64,000 bases of DNA, from contig JBDOIU010000002.1 of NCBI GenBank assembly GCA_047404195.1, positions 3,677 through 67,676 on the forward strand, read 5' to 3'. A program made the translations under genes and the position numbers. The notes beneath the pieces are model-generated. The model did not search any database. It was not told where the DNA came from and worked only from the letters and a program-made list of their open reading frames with translations. Below are positions 27,627-38,590 of this stretch, in pieces (the first letter of the stretch is position 1; each line of letters starts with the position of its first letter). The stretch is from Coxiellaceae bacterium. GTDB lineage: Bacteria; Pseudomonadota; Gammaproteobacteria; JAJRRL01.

Positions 27627-28259
27627 ATGAATAAACTTGTATTATCTATGATTGGAGCAAGCGCTATTTGTGCTGTCAGTGCTGGAATTGCTGGGCCGAT
27701 TGCGGATGCTAAAAAATGTTTGTCTCAGGCTGCCGATGTTGCAAAGGAAAATGTAGTGAGTGTTGGTCAGATACTGGCTGATGCAGTTAGCGTATCAGCG
27801 CTCAAGTCTGGTCAGTTAAAGCTAAATGGTTGGGATGGCTCAAGCTCTGATGCTAAAGGTATTTACCACACGTCTCACGGCTGGCACACCAGTCGAGGGG
27901 CGGTAACCTATTATGATTTAGTTTATATGGGCCGTGGATGTGGTATACTGTCAAAGTCAAGGTTAGCTTGCAAACTGCAGATTAAAGGCCATGATCTCTA
28001 TAAAAATACCAACCTGGATCATGAGCTCAAGCAGTCTATTGGTCTGGAATGCACTGTGTGCCGTGGTGTTGAATATACATCAGATGGCGATATCTTTGGT
28101 GTTCCAAAAGCAATGAGAGCGTCAGCACTTAAAAGCGATCTTGGGATTGCAAAAAATTTCTCTACTGGGGTGGTAAAAATTACAACTTTCGAAGATGAGA
28201 GTGAAGGTAATTGTGGTAGTAGTAGAGGTGTCAGTGGCCCAATGCTAACAAATCTTTAA
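27627..28259 (+). CDS. array family A member A5 (core type)
   Basis: Signal peptide ...SAGIA|GP. Motifs KKCLSQAA, LNGWDGSSSDAKGIYHTSHGW, YMGRGCGILSKSRLACKLQ, GLECTVCRG, GVPKAMRASALKSDLGIAKNFS, FEDESEGNC. Confidence 0.85.
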   Translation: MNKLVLSMIGASAICAVSAGIAGPIADAKKCLSQAADVAKENVVSVGQILADAVSVSALKSGQLKLNGWDGSSSDAKGIYHTSHGWHTSRGAVTYYDLVYMGRGCGILSKSRLACKLQIKGHDLYKNTNLDHELKQSIGLECTVCRGVEYTSDGDIFGVPKAMRASALKSDLGIAKNFSTGVVKITTFEDESEGNCGSSRGVSGPMLTNL

Positions 28260-28282
28260 TATTTTTTTTGCGGTGAGAAAAA

Positions 28283-28304
28283 GCGGCGTGTAACGCCGTT
28301 TTTT
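28283..28304 (+). terminator. rho-independent terminator after A5
   Basis: gcggcg-tgtaa-cgccg hairpin followed by T6. Confidence 0.7.
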
Positions 28305-28410
28305 CATTGTGATCCAAAAAAATGTTAGAGAAAATTATCTGAGCGCCTTCAGTGTTTTGGCAGACTTTGCTCTGTAATGGACGCGTTTGAGAAAAAATAT
28401 TGCCCTAGAT

Positions 28411-28420
28411 TGTCTATACT
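28411..28420 (+). promoter_or_regulatory. conserved TGTCTATACT block upstream of A6
   Basis: tgtctatact at 28411-28420. The downstream 5' UTR (tatgcggagttgatttcgtatctt) closely matches the A5 5' UTR (tatgcggagttattttcgtatttt). Confidence 0.45.
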
Positions 28421-28473
28421 ATGATTATGCGGAGTTGATTTCGTATCTTTACTGTTACCATCTAGGAGGACGT

Positions 28474-29106
28474 ATGAATAAATTAATATTAACTTTGATC
28501 GGGTCAAGCGTTGTTTTGGCTTCAAGCGCTGGGTTTGCTGGCCCAATAACAGACGCTAAGAAATGCTTGAATCAGGCGGCAGGTGTTGCGAGTGCTAATG
28601 TGAGTGCGGCTGGTAAGATACTGCGTGATTCTATGGCAATGGGCTCACTGAAGAGTGGGCGTCTTGACTTAAACGGTTGGGATGGCACCCGGGATGATGC
28701 AAAGGGTGTTTATCACTCCTCCTATGGTTGGGGTGGTGATCCACACAGGTTCTATAGTTTGGTTTATATGGGCAATGGTTGTGGTATTCTCTCAAAATCA
28801 AGGCTGGCATGTAAGCTTCAAATTGGAAAGTACGCAGCGAGAAAGGATAGTATTTTAAACGCAAAGTTACCGCAGACGGTTGGGTTAGACTGTACGGTAT
28901 GTCGTGGTGTTGAATATACAAGCAGCGGGGACATATTCGGTGTTCAAGCTTCTATGCGAGCATCAGCATTAAGCACTGATTTGGCAATTGCGCAAAAGTT
29001 TGGAAATGGTGTTGTTAAGATAAGCGCAGTTGAAAATGAAAACGGCAATCAGTGCGCTAATAGTGCTCATGTAGAAGGTGTGGGGTTAGGTAACTTGGTT
29101 GATTAG
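28474..29106 (+). CDS. array family A member A6 (core type)
   Basis: ATG 28474 after TAGGAGGA. The track's TTG 28387 would read through the promoter block. Signal peptide ...SAGFA|GP. Motifs KKCLNQAA, LNGWDGTRDDAKGVYHSSYGW, YMGNGCGILSKSRLACKLQ, GLDCTVCRG. Confidence 0.85.
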   Translation: MNKLILTLIGSSVVLASSAGFAGPITDAKKCLNQAAGVASANVSAAGKILRDSMAMGSLKSGRLDLNGWDGTRDDAKGVYHSSYGWGGDPHRFYSLVYMGNGCGILSKSRLACKLQIGKYAARKDSILNAKLPQTVGLDCTVCRGVEYTSSGDIFGVQASMRASALSTDLAIAQKFGNGVVKISAVENENGNQCANSAHVEGVGLGNLVD

Positions 29107-29145
29107 TGGTACTCATAACCATACCTATTTTGATTAAGGTGGGTG

Positions 29146-29174
29146 AATGCGGCGTTTTAACGCCGCATTTTTTG
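29146..29174 (+). terminator. rho-independent terminator after A6
   Basis: aatgcggcg-ttttaa-cgccgcatt hairpin followed by a T-run. Confidence 0.8.
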
Positions 29175-29272
29175 AGTTAAGCTATTGATGATGGTTCAAT
29201 TTCAATGACTTAGTTGAAAGGTAACATATTTATGAGAAAATTGCTAAATTACTGGGCAATTATGGCTGCGAA

Positions 29273-29282
29273 GGTCTATAAT
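29273..29282 (+). promoter_or_regulatory. conserved GGTCTATAAT block upstream of A7
   Basis: GGGCAA-N17-TATAAT, the same arrangement as upstream of A8. The ~76-nt 5' UTR is conserved with that of A8. Confidence 0.5.
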
Positions 29283-29358
29283 GGGAATAAGTGAGATGGA
29301 ATTCACTTTATAGAGTTCTGGAAAATGAGTAAATAGTCCTTTTTTTGGGGGTGTTATA

Positions 29359-30042
29359 ATGAGTAATAATTTTAAAAAACTACCATTAGTCGCATTGACT
29401 TCAGGTTTAGTCATGGCATCTGGATCTGGTTTTGCTGATCCAATTTCAGATGGTAAGCAATGCCTAAATCAAGCAGCCGCAATTGCAGATGCAAATGTTA
29501 CCGGTTTAGGTGCTATCGTCGCTGATGCTGTTGATGCTGTTGATGCTGTTGATGCTGTGGTGCTTCGAGACAGTCAAAGCAGTCTGAATGGTTGGGATGG
29601 GTCACCGGGCGATGCAAAAGGTATATATCATTCCTCGACTGGTTGGACATATGCGAGCAAAGTTGGGTATAGGTTCTTCAATATAGTCTATATGGGTAAA
29701 GACTGTGGTATTTTATCTAAATCTAGATTGGTATGTAAGTTACAGATAGGTGGAACAGACCTAACTACAAGCATAAGCAATTTAAATAATAAATTAAAGC
29801 AAACATTAGGCATGGAGTGTAGTGTTTGTCGTGGCGCTACATTTGCTAGAGTCGGTTTAGATGATACATATGGTGTGCCAGCCGCTATGCGGGCCTCAGC
29901 ATTAAAAGATGACCTGGGTATTGCAAAAAACTTTTCGGTCGGAGCTGTAAAGATAGTCAATTTTGAAGATGAGGATAATGGTATGTGCCCAAGTTCATCT
30001 GGTATAGAAGGAGGGGAATTACGTGGACTCTATAGGTTCTAA
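29359..30042 (+). CDS. array family A member A7 (core type, with DAV repeat)
   Basis: Signal peptide ...GSGFA|DP. Motifs GKQCLNQAA, LNGWDGSPGDAKGIYHSSTGW, YMGKDCGILSKSRLVCKLQ, GMECSVCRG, GVPAAMRASALKDDLGIAKNFSVGAVKI, FEDEDNGMC. Confidence 0.85.
   Translation: MSNNFKKLPLVALTSGLVMASGSGFADPISDGKQCLNQAAAIADANVTGLGAIVADAVDAVDAVDAVVLRDSQSSLNGWDGSPGDAKGIYHSSTGWTYASKVGYRFFNIVYMGKDCGILSKSRLVCKLQIGGTDLTTSISNLNNKLKQTLGMECSVCRGATFARVGLDDTYGVPAAMRASALKDDLGIAKNFSVGAVKIVNFEDEDNGMCPSSSGIEGGELRGLYRF
29524..29559 (+). repeat. 4 x 9-bp in-frame tandem repeat (gatgctgtt) encoding (DAV)4 in A7
   Basis: gatgctgtt x3 plus gatgctgtg, read directly. Paralogs have a single ADAV/ADAA at this position. Confidence 0.95.
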
Positions 30043-30082
30043 TGCTATCTTTTTTCGACAGTGGAGCATTTAATTCGTGGGG

Positions 30083-30105
30083 AGCGGCACTTGTGCCGCT
30101 TTTTT
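30083..30105 (+). terminator. rho-independent terminator after A7
   Basis: agcggca-cttg-tgccgct hairpin followed by T6. Confidence 0.8.
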
Positions 30106-30237
30106 AGTGTTGCATGATATCGTTTACAGTTATCTATGTTTACCCTCCGGTGAATCAAATTTAATTTCAATAACTTAGGTGATCTTTAACTAAAGACCAA
30201 TAAAATCGGGCAAAATGTGGGCAAATTTAGCTTGGAG

Positions 30238-30247
30238 CGTCTATAAT
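30238..30247 (+). promoter_or_regulatory. conserved CGTCTATAAT block upstream of A8
   Basis: GGGCAA-N17-TATAAT. 77 nt to the ATG. Confidence 0.5.
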
Positions 30248-30324
30248 GGGAGTAAGTGGAATGGAATTTACTGGATAAAGTTATGGATAGTCAACTGAAT
30301 AATCCTTATTTTGGGGGTGTTGTT

Positions 30325-30966
30325 ATGAGTAATTCTTTTAAAAAGTTACCTTTATTTGCATTGACTTCTAGCTTGATACTGGTAGCTGGTTCTGGTTTTG
30401 CAAATCCAATTTCAGATGCTAAGCAGTGCCTTAATCAAGCTGCTAAGATTGCAAGTGCGAATGTAGCCAGTGCTGGTACAATTTTAGCTGATGCTGCCGA
30501 TGTTAGAGTGCTTAGAAGTGAAAAGTTAGCTTTGAATGGCTGGAGTGGAATGCGAGAAGATGCCAAGGGAATCTACTTCTCTTCAACAGGTTGGTCAGGC
30601 GGTACTAGTAGTAATTTCTATAACGTTGTTTACATGGGCAAAGATTGTGGTATTTTGTCGAAATCAAGGTTGGCATGTCGGTTACAGCTTGGCAGCCAAG
30701 AGGTAACTAGGATTACTAATCTGGACCATAAGCTGAAGCAAACAGTGGGTATGAAGTGCAGTGTTTGTCGAGGTGTTGAGCATGTTAGAGGTGAAATGTA
30801 TGATCGTTTTGGTGTGCCAGCAGCAATGCGGGCATCTGCATTGAAAGATGACTTAGGTATTGCTAAAAACTTTTCAGTTGGGGCTGTTAAGATAACAAGG
30901 TTTGAAGATGAAGATCACGACAAATGTGCTAGCTCACCAGGTTTACACGGGGGACTGTTACGCTGA
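30325..30966 (+). CDS. array family A member A8 (core type)
   Basis: ATG 30325 after TTTTGGGGGTGTTGTT, the same context as A7. Signal peptide ...GSGFA|NP. Motifs AKQCLNQAA, LNGWSGMREDAKGIYFSSTGW, YMGKDCGILSKSRLACRLQ, GMKCSVCRG, FEDEDHDKC. Confidence 0.85.
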   Translation: MSNSFKKLPLFALTSSLILVAGSGFANPISDAKQCLNQAAKIASANVASAGTILADAADVRVLRSEKLALNGWSGMREDAKGIYFSSTGWSGGTSSNFYNVVYMGKDCGILSKSRLACRLQLGSQEVTRITNLDHKLKQTVGMKCSVCRGVEHVRGEMYDRFGVPAAMRASALKDDLGIAKNFSVGAVKITRFEDEDHDKCASSPGLHGGLLR

Positions 30967-31023
30967 TATGTGGCGCTGCAGAGGTTTTTGTATTGTCGAT
31001 ATTGGTCTATTCAATTTTGAGAG

Positions 31024-31047
31024 AGCGACGCTTGCGTCGCTTTTTTT
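31024..31047 (+). terminator. rho-independent terminator after A8
   Basis: agcgacg-cttg-cgtcgct hairpin followed by T7. Confidence 0.8.
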
Positions 31048-31169
31048 GTGGGCGGACAAATTTATCCTATACTATGTTTCAGATGACACACATTGCCTCT
31101 TTTTGAGGTGGTGTATTGATAGGATTCTTGCCTATAGTAAGCTCACCAGTGAACATTCAATGCTAACTA

Positions 31170-31179
31170 TGTCTATAAT
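31170..31179 (+). promoter_or_regulatory. conserved TGTCTATAAT block upstream of A9
   Basis: tgtctataat at 31170-31179. 81 nt to ATG 31261. Confidence 0.5.
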
Positions 31180-31260
31180 TGCTGTATAGTGTGCGATCAT
31201 AGATTTTTTTGTTCACTAAAGGATGTTTACCATGGCTGTAATGCTGATTTAGGGGGTTAT

Positions 31261-31920
31261 ATGACAAGATTCCGGCTCAAGTGTGTTACTTATGCATTGA
31301 CATCATGCTTCGCCTTGACGACAGGGACCTGTTGTGCCGATTCTATAGCTGATGCGAAGAGTTGTCTCAATCAGGCTACAGGTATCGCAAGCGCTACTGT
31401 TGCGCATGTCGCTGACATTTTGAGTGGTGCAATGCTGATGGGTTCACTTAAAAAGGGTGAATTGAATTTAAATGGTTGGAGTAAGCTTGTTGCGCATGCA
31501 AAGGGTGTTTATTATACAACTTATGGTTGGCACGCTGGCAGCAGTGGTCGTCATAAGTTTTTTAATATGGTTTATTTGGGAAGTAGTTGCGGAATTTTAT
31601 CAAACTCACGACTGGCTTGCAGGCTTCAAGTGGCAGGTGTGGATGCAGCTGACGTGGTGACTCTTGATAATAAACTTCAGCAGTCCATTGGCTTTGAGTG
31701 TACAGTTTGTCGGGGGGTTGTATTGGGGATCCAGCATAATCAATTGGTTGAATACTACGGTGTGCCAACTGCCATGAGAGCTTCGGCACTGACGAGTGAC
31801 TTAGATGTCGCGCAGCAGTTCTCATCTGGATCGGTTAAAATAGGCACTTTTGAAGATGAGCTGAATGGCGATTGCGCTAGCAGTTCTGGTGTCAGCGGAA
31901 CTGAATTGAGTAATCTTTAG
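31261..31920 (+). CDS. array family A member A9 (core type)
   Basis: ATG 31261 after TAGGGGGTTAT. Signal peptide ...TGTCCA|DS. Motifs AKSCLNQAT, LNGWSKLVAHAKGVYYTTYGW, YLGSSCGILSNSRLACRLQ, GFECTVCRG, GVPTAMRASALTSDL, FEDELNGDC. Confidence 0.85.
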   Translation: MTRFRLKCVTYALTSCFALTTGTCCADSIADAKSCLNQATGIASATVAHVADILSGAMLMGSLKKGELNLNGWSKLVAHAKGVYYTTYGWHAGSSGRHKFFNMVYLGSSCGILSNSRLACRLQVAGVDAADVVTLDNKLQQSIGFECTVCRGVVLGIQHNQLVEYYGVPTAMRASALTSDLDVAQQFSSGSVKIGTFEDELNGDCASSSGVSGTELSNL

Positions 31921-32027
31921 GGTGATACCTGTATTTTGATACTAAAGATTTGATTTGGCTTCTGTAAGTGGTTGATATTAGCAATATGGTGATTTTTTGT
32001 TCCGAGGGGTGAAAAACTGAACAGTAT

Positions 32028-32037
32028 TGTCTATAAT
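32028..32037 (+). promoter_or_regulatory. conserved TGTCTATAAT block upstream of A10
   Basis: tgtctataat at 32028-32037, with TGAAAA 16 nt upstream. Confidence 0.5.
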
Positions 32038-32126
32038 AGTAATATGAGCAACTGTGCTAATATCAGGGATAAGACCCTCCAAAATAATTTTTTTAAGGCT
32101 AGGATTGCTCGTTGGGAAGGTGGATA

Positions 32127-32789
32127 GTGTCAATCAATAAGAAAAGAGCGGCTGTATTTTCGTTGGCAAGTCTAGTCAGTGTTGTGATTACCTGTGTGAC
32201 CTATGCTGATGCACTACAAAATGCACGCGCATGTCTCTACTCCGCAACACAGTCAGCCAGTCAGACGATTGCTTCGGTCCCCGAGATCTTATCACTCAAT
32301 GCCTCTAGTAGCGAAATATCTGGTGGCCAGGCGACCCTGGGTAACTGGGATGAAACCACCTTGAGCACAGAAGTGGGTAGTGGCGCCATTGGTTATTATC
32401 ATCGTATATGGGGCTGGTCAGCAGCCGATACACATTTTTATGAAATTGCTTATTTCGGGAGGGGTTGCGGGATGTTGTCTTATTCCAAGATGGTATGCAA
32501 AGCGTATGTTGAAGACAGTATTTTTTCGCAGTCTAGCAACTTAGCACAATACACACGCCAGGGCTGGTCATTCCGCTGCTCTTTGTGTCGTGGCAAGGCG
32601 CTGAGTAATGTTGGGTCTGGTATTACTGAGCAGTCTGTCAATGAGTCCCAATTGGCCTATTCTGTACTACAAACAGATAAGGAGACGTTGAAGCAGCAGT
32701 CTGCCGGCTCGCGCTCAGTAATCTTAACGGGGCTGGTTGATGATGAAGCAAAGTGTTCACTATCATACCAAGAGATAGAGAGGGATTGA
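32127..32789 (+). CDS. array family A member A10 (divergent)
   Basis: GTG 32127 after GGGAAGGTGGA (TTG 32112 is an alternative). Signal peptide ...CVTYA|DA. Motifs ARACLYSAT, LGNWDE, YHRIWGW, YFGRGCGMLSYSKMVCKAY, WSFRCSLCRG, DDEAKC. Confidence 0.75.
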   Translation: MSINKKRAAVFSLASLVSVVITCVTYADALQNARACLYSATQSASQTIASVPEILSLNASSSEISGGQATLGNWDETTLSTEVGSGAIGYYHRIWGWSAADTHFYEIAYFGRGCGMLSYSKMVCKAYVEDSIFSQSSNLAQYTRQGWSFRCSLCRGKALSNVGSGITEQSVNESQLAYSVLQTDKETLKQQSAGSRSVILTGLVDDEAKCSLSYQEIERD

Positions 32790-32794
32790 GGCTC

Positions 32795-33454
32795 ATGTAT
32801 AGGATATTAACTTTATTTTTGGTGAGTACACTCATAATTCCAGTCTTTGCAGCCAGTATTGACCGAATTAAAGAGCGCACCCTCAACTGTACTCAGCATG
32901 CAGTAAAGTTGGTTGAAAGTCGCTTTAGTCTATTGCGTTTTTTCTTGGCCAAAGATGTCACATACCCCCCTCCTAGTAAGCTTATTATTCAGAATCACCA
33001 CATTACGCTTTCTGGAGCACTGACAGATCCAGAGTCTCTGCAGGCAGGAGCTCGCCGATTGTATGCGGATGAAGTGGGTAAGTTAGCCAGTGGTGAAGTA
33101 ATAATACGGGGATTTTTCGGTGCCAATTGTGGTGGGGTTAGCTGGTCTAGCTTGATCTGTGTATTAACGCACAATGGCGACATCATCGTTGATTACAGTG
33201 ATGCAACCGGCCTGACGTTACCCGGTTTCTCCGCGGTATGCTTTATTTGTCCTGATAGAAAGTTACGCATACCCTGCAGTCAATGCCAGGCTGAAGCAAC
33301 GACTACCACAACACCAAAGGCGCTCTATGATGTGGCTAATGCCATGTTGGTTGGCCAGGCGAGTAGCAGTGGCGTTGTGCATTTGATTAGCCCTGTTGGA
33401 ACAGATTTATGCTCAACATACGATACTGCACTGATTGTGCATGACTCGGCATAA
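32795..33454 (+). CDS. array family A member A11 (divergent)
   Basis: ATG 32795 lies 5 nt after the A10 stop. Signal peptide MYRILTLFLVSTLIIPVFA. Pattern LNCTQHA ... FFGANCGGVSWSSLICVL ... AVCFICPD ... DLCS. Confidence 0.7.
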   Translation: MYRILTLFLVSTLIIPVFAASIDRIKERTLNCTQHAVKLVESRFSLLRFFLAKDVTYPPPSKLIIQNHHITLSGALTDPESLQAGARRLYADEVGKLASGEVIIRGFFGANCGGVSWSSLICVLTHNGDIIVDYSDATGLTLPGFSAVCFICPDRKLRIPCSQCQAEATTTTTPKALYDVANAMLVGQASSSGVVHLISPVGTDLCSTYDTALIVHDSA

Positions 33455-33475
33455 ATCGTTGGTTGTGGGGGGCAT

Positions 33476-34063
33476 ATGTTAAAGAAAATCATTTTAAGTG
33501 CCGGATTACTATTGCTTGTTGACGTGGCCGCTGCTGCTAGTACACATGCTCTATTTTTCAAGCCAGCTGGTGCATGTATGCAACAAATTGGGTCAACCTT
33601 ATCATCCTTACAAAGTTCACTTGCGCTCGCTGCCAGTGGTGGTACAACGTTAACAGTTGATCCACAAACATTGCTGGGCCCATTGGCAGAAGTCAGTGTG
33701 AGCATGCAATTGGCGCAACCACCAACGACAGCATATGATTACTGGCAGGTTTCAGGCATGGTCAGTGATAAAGCGTGTGGTGTCATTACGAGGGCGAGCG
33801 TCACTTGTTATTTAATGGATACGTGCCTGAATCGGATAGGTCCAGATTCTACATATTCGTGTCATTCAGGTGGATGGACCGGCATGGATGAATTGACCAT
33901 TTTAACGTGCAATATCAAGCTACCCGTTGTGAATGCGACGACACTGGATGCACAGGATTTTTCAGCTATTTGCACGGCATTGAGCCCACATATGATTCAG
34001 GATAAGGTCTTGTTTGATGTGGTCAGTGCGGATGGCAGCCAGGAATGTGATATATTTTGGTGA
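33476..34063 (+). CDS. array family A member A12 (most divergent)
   Basis: ATG lies 21 nt after the A11 stop, preceded by GGGGGG. Signal peptide MLKKIILSAGLLLLVDVAAAAS. Pattern GACMQQ ... DKACGVITRASVTCYL ... LTCNI ... QECD. The CxxC is reduced to a single Cys. Confidence 0.6.
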   Translation: MLKKIILSAGLLLLVDVAAAASTHALFFKPAGACMQQIGSTLSSLQSSLALAASGGTTLTVDPQTLLGPLAEVSVSMQLAQPPTTAYDYWQVSGMVSDKACGVITRASVTCYLMDTCLNRIGPDSTYSCHSGGWTGMDELTILTCNIKLPVVNATTLDAQDFSAICTALSPHMIQDKVLFDVVSADGSQECDIFW

Positions 34064-34190
34064 TCAGCTGCTAAATATGCCGCGAAATGGCTAATTTGAC
34101 AGGCCTAGACGCCCCCACTGCCCTCCCCCGTTTAATACCATTATTACAGACAAAAAGCTGGTCAGAGCGCCTATAATCGTGTTACAATAG

Positions 34191-37236
<3,046 letters not shown>

Positions 37237-37240
<4 letters not shown>

Positions 37241-38580
37241 CGTGTTTCCTGCTGTGGTAAAATATTTTTACTGCCAACCACAACGCGTACCCAGGGTTGC
37301 TTGGCCAAGGCCTGAAAGACACGCTTGATATCTTGGTTGCTGACCGCTTTGATGTGTTGCGGATAGTTTTGAATCATGCCCATTGGGATATGGTGCACGG
37401 CCAGAGAGGATACGCGTTGTAGGATTTGTATGTTGGTGGCAAACTTCAGGGGCGCGCGTGCGATCAGCATTTTTTTTGTTGCACGCAAACGTTTTTTATT
37501 GACGCCTTGTTTAGCAAACTGATTAAAGCTGCTTTCTGCTAAGTGTAGTGCTTTGGCAGAGCTATTGACCTGAGATTGTGTTGCAATGGTGAATGGACCG
37601 TTGCCACGTAGTAGTGTTGCAGAGCTGCCTGCATAGTACGCTAAGGCATGTTCACCACGTATTTTTTGGTACAAAATAGAGTTCAGTCCACCGCCGCCAA
37701 GCACCTCATTGCCGACCACCTGCGCAAACAGGTCATCTATTTTATGTGCTTGTGCCAGTTTGGCTAAAACAATTGTATTTTGTTCATTCGGTAGGTAGTG
37801 AAATATATTTTTAGTTTGTTGCAGTGGTTTGGCCATGGGTGGTTTTGGGAGTTTATCACGTCTTGCTAGGCCGCTGAGGGATTGTTTCGCTAAGCGTTTG
37901 GCGGCAGGGCGAGAGAGGTCGCCGACAATGACAGCAATGGCTTGATTGGCGACATAGTGCTGTCGATAAAAGGCTTCAAGCTGATTAGTGTTGATGTGCG
38001 AAATGCTGCTCGCTGTGCCGATGGTTGAGTGTGCGTAAGGATGCTGTCGATAGAGCGCAGCGTACATACTGCGCTGAGCCAATCCGTTAGGAGATTGTCC
38101 TGTCATTGTCTGGGAGGTGAGCATGCGCTTTTGTTCTTGCTCAAGGCAGCGTCGATCAAAAGTGGCTTGTGTCAATGCTGCACGCCAAGTGCGAATGGCT
38201 TTCCGATAGACACCGCCTTCACTTTGCGTACGTAGCCGGGCGATGCTCGTGTCGCGATCAATGCCGGCAGTAAAAATAGCGCCAACATCCGCAAATTGAT
38301 TTGCAAGGTCACCCTCTTTCGTATTTTGACTGCGATCTCCTAAGCAGCGTGCTGTGAGGTCAGCAATACCTGGTTGCTTGCCGTCGTAGGCTGAGCCAGC
38401 AGGAAAGATGACATTGATATCGACCATGGGTAGAGCATGTCTGGGTACAAAGTAGACTTGGCTGCCGCCTTCTTGCCAGTGTTCGATATGGTTGCTTGCA
38501 TTCATTGGAATGATGTCAGGTGCAGCATAGCTTGATAGGACAAAGCTGCTGAGACTCAGGCTGAGTAGTGTTGCTTTCAT
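37237..38580 (-). CDS. M16-family (pitrilysin/PqqL-like) peptidase, non-catalytic-type subunit
   Basis: No HxxEH motif, but size and pairing match the upstream M16 gene. ATG 38580 after AAGGAG gives signal peptide MKATLLSLSLSSFVLSSYA. 4-nt overlap with the rsmD start. Confidence 0.7.
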
Positions 38581-38590
38581 GCTGTACTCC

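Noticed and set aside
24201-34063. Family A genes as canonical type IV pilins or pseudopilins of the adjacent MSHA-like machine
   Set aside because: None has the class III leader (short basic leader, G|F/M-T/S-L-x-E) or the long hydrophobic N-terminal helix. All have ordinary Sec/SPase I signal peptides with an AxA-type site. A pilin-like globular fold cannot be excluded without structure prediction, so the link is kept only as a hypothesis.
24201-34063. The periodic ~650-950-bp repetition as a CRISPR array or other non-coding repeat
   Set aside because: The repeat units are full protein-coding cassettes (promoter, ORF, terminator). There are no short direct repeats with unique spacers and no cas genes.
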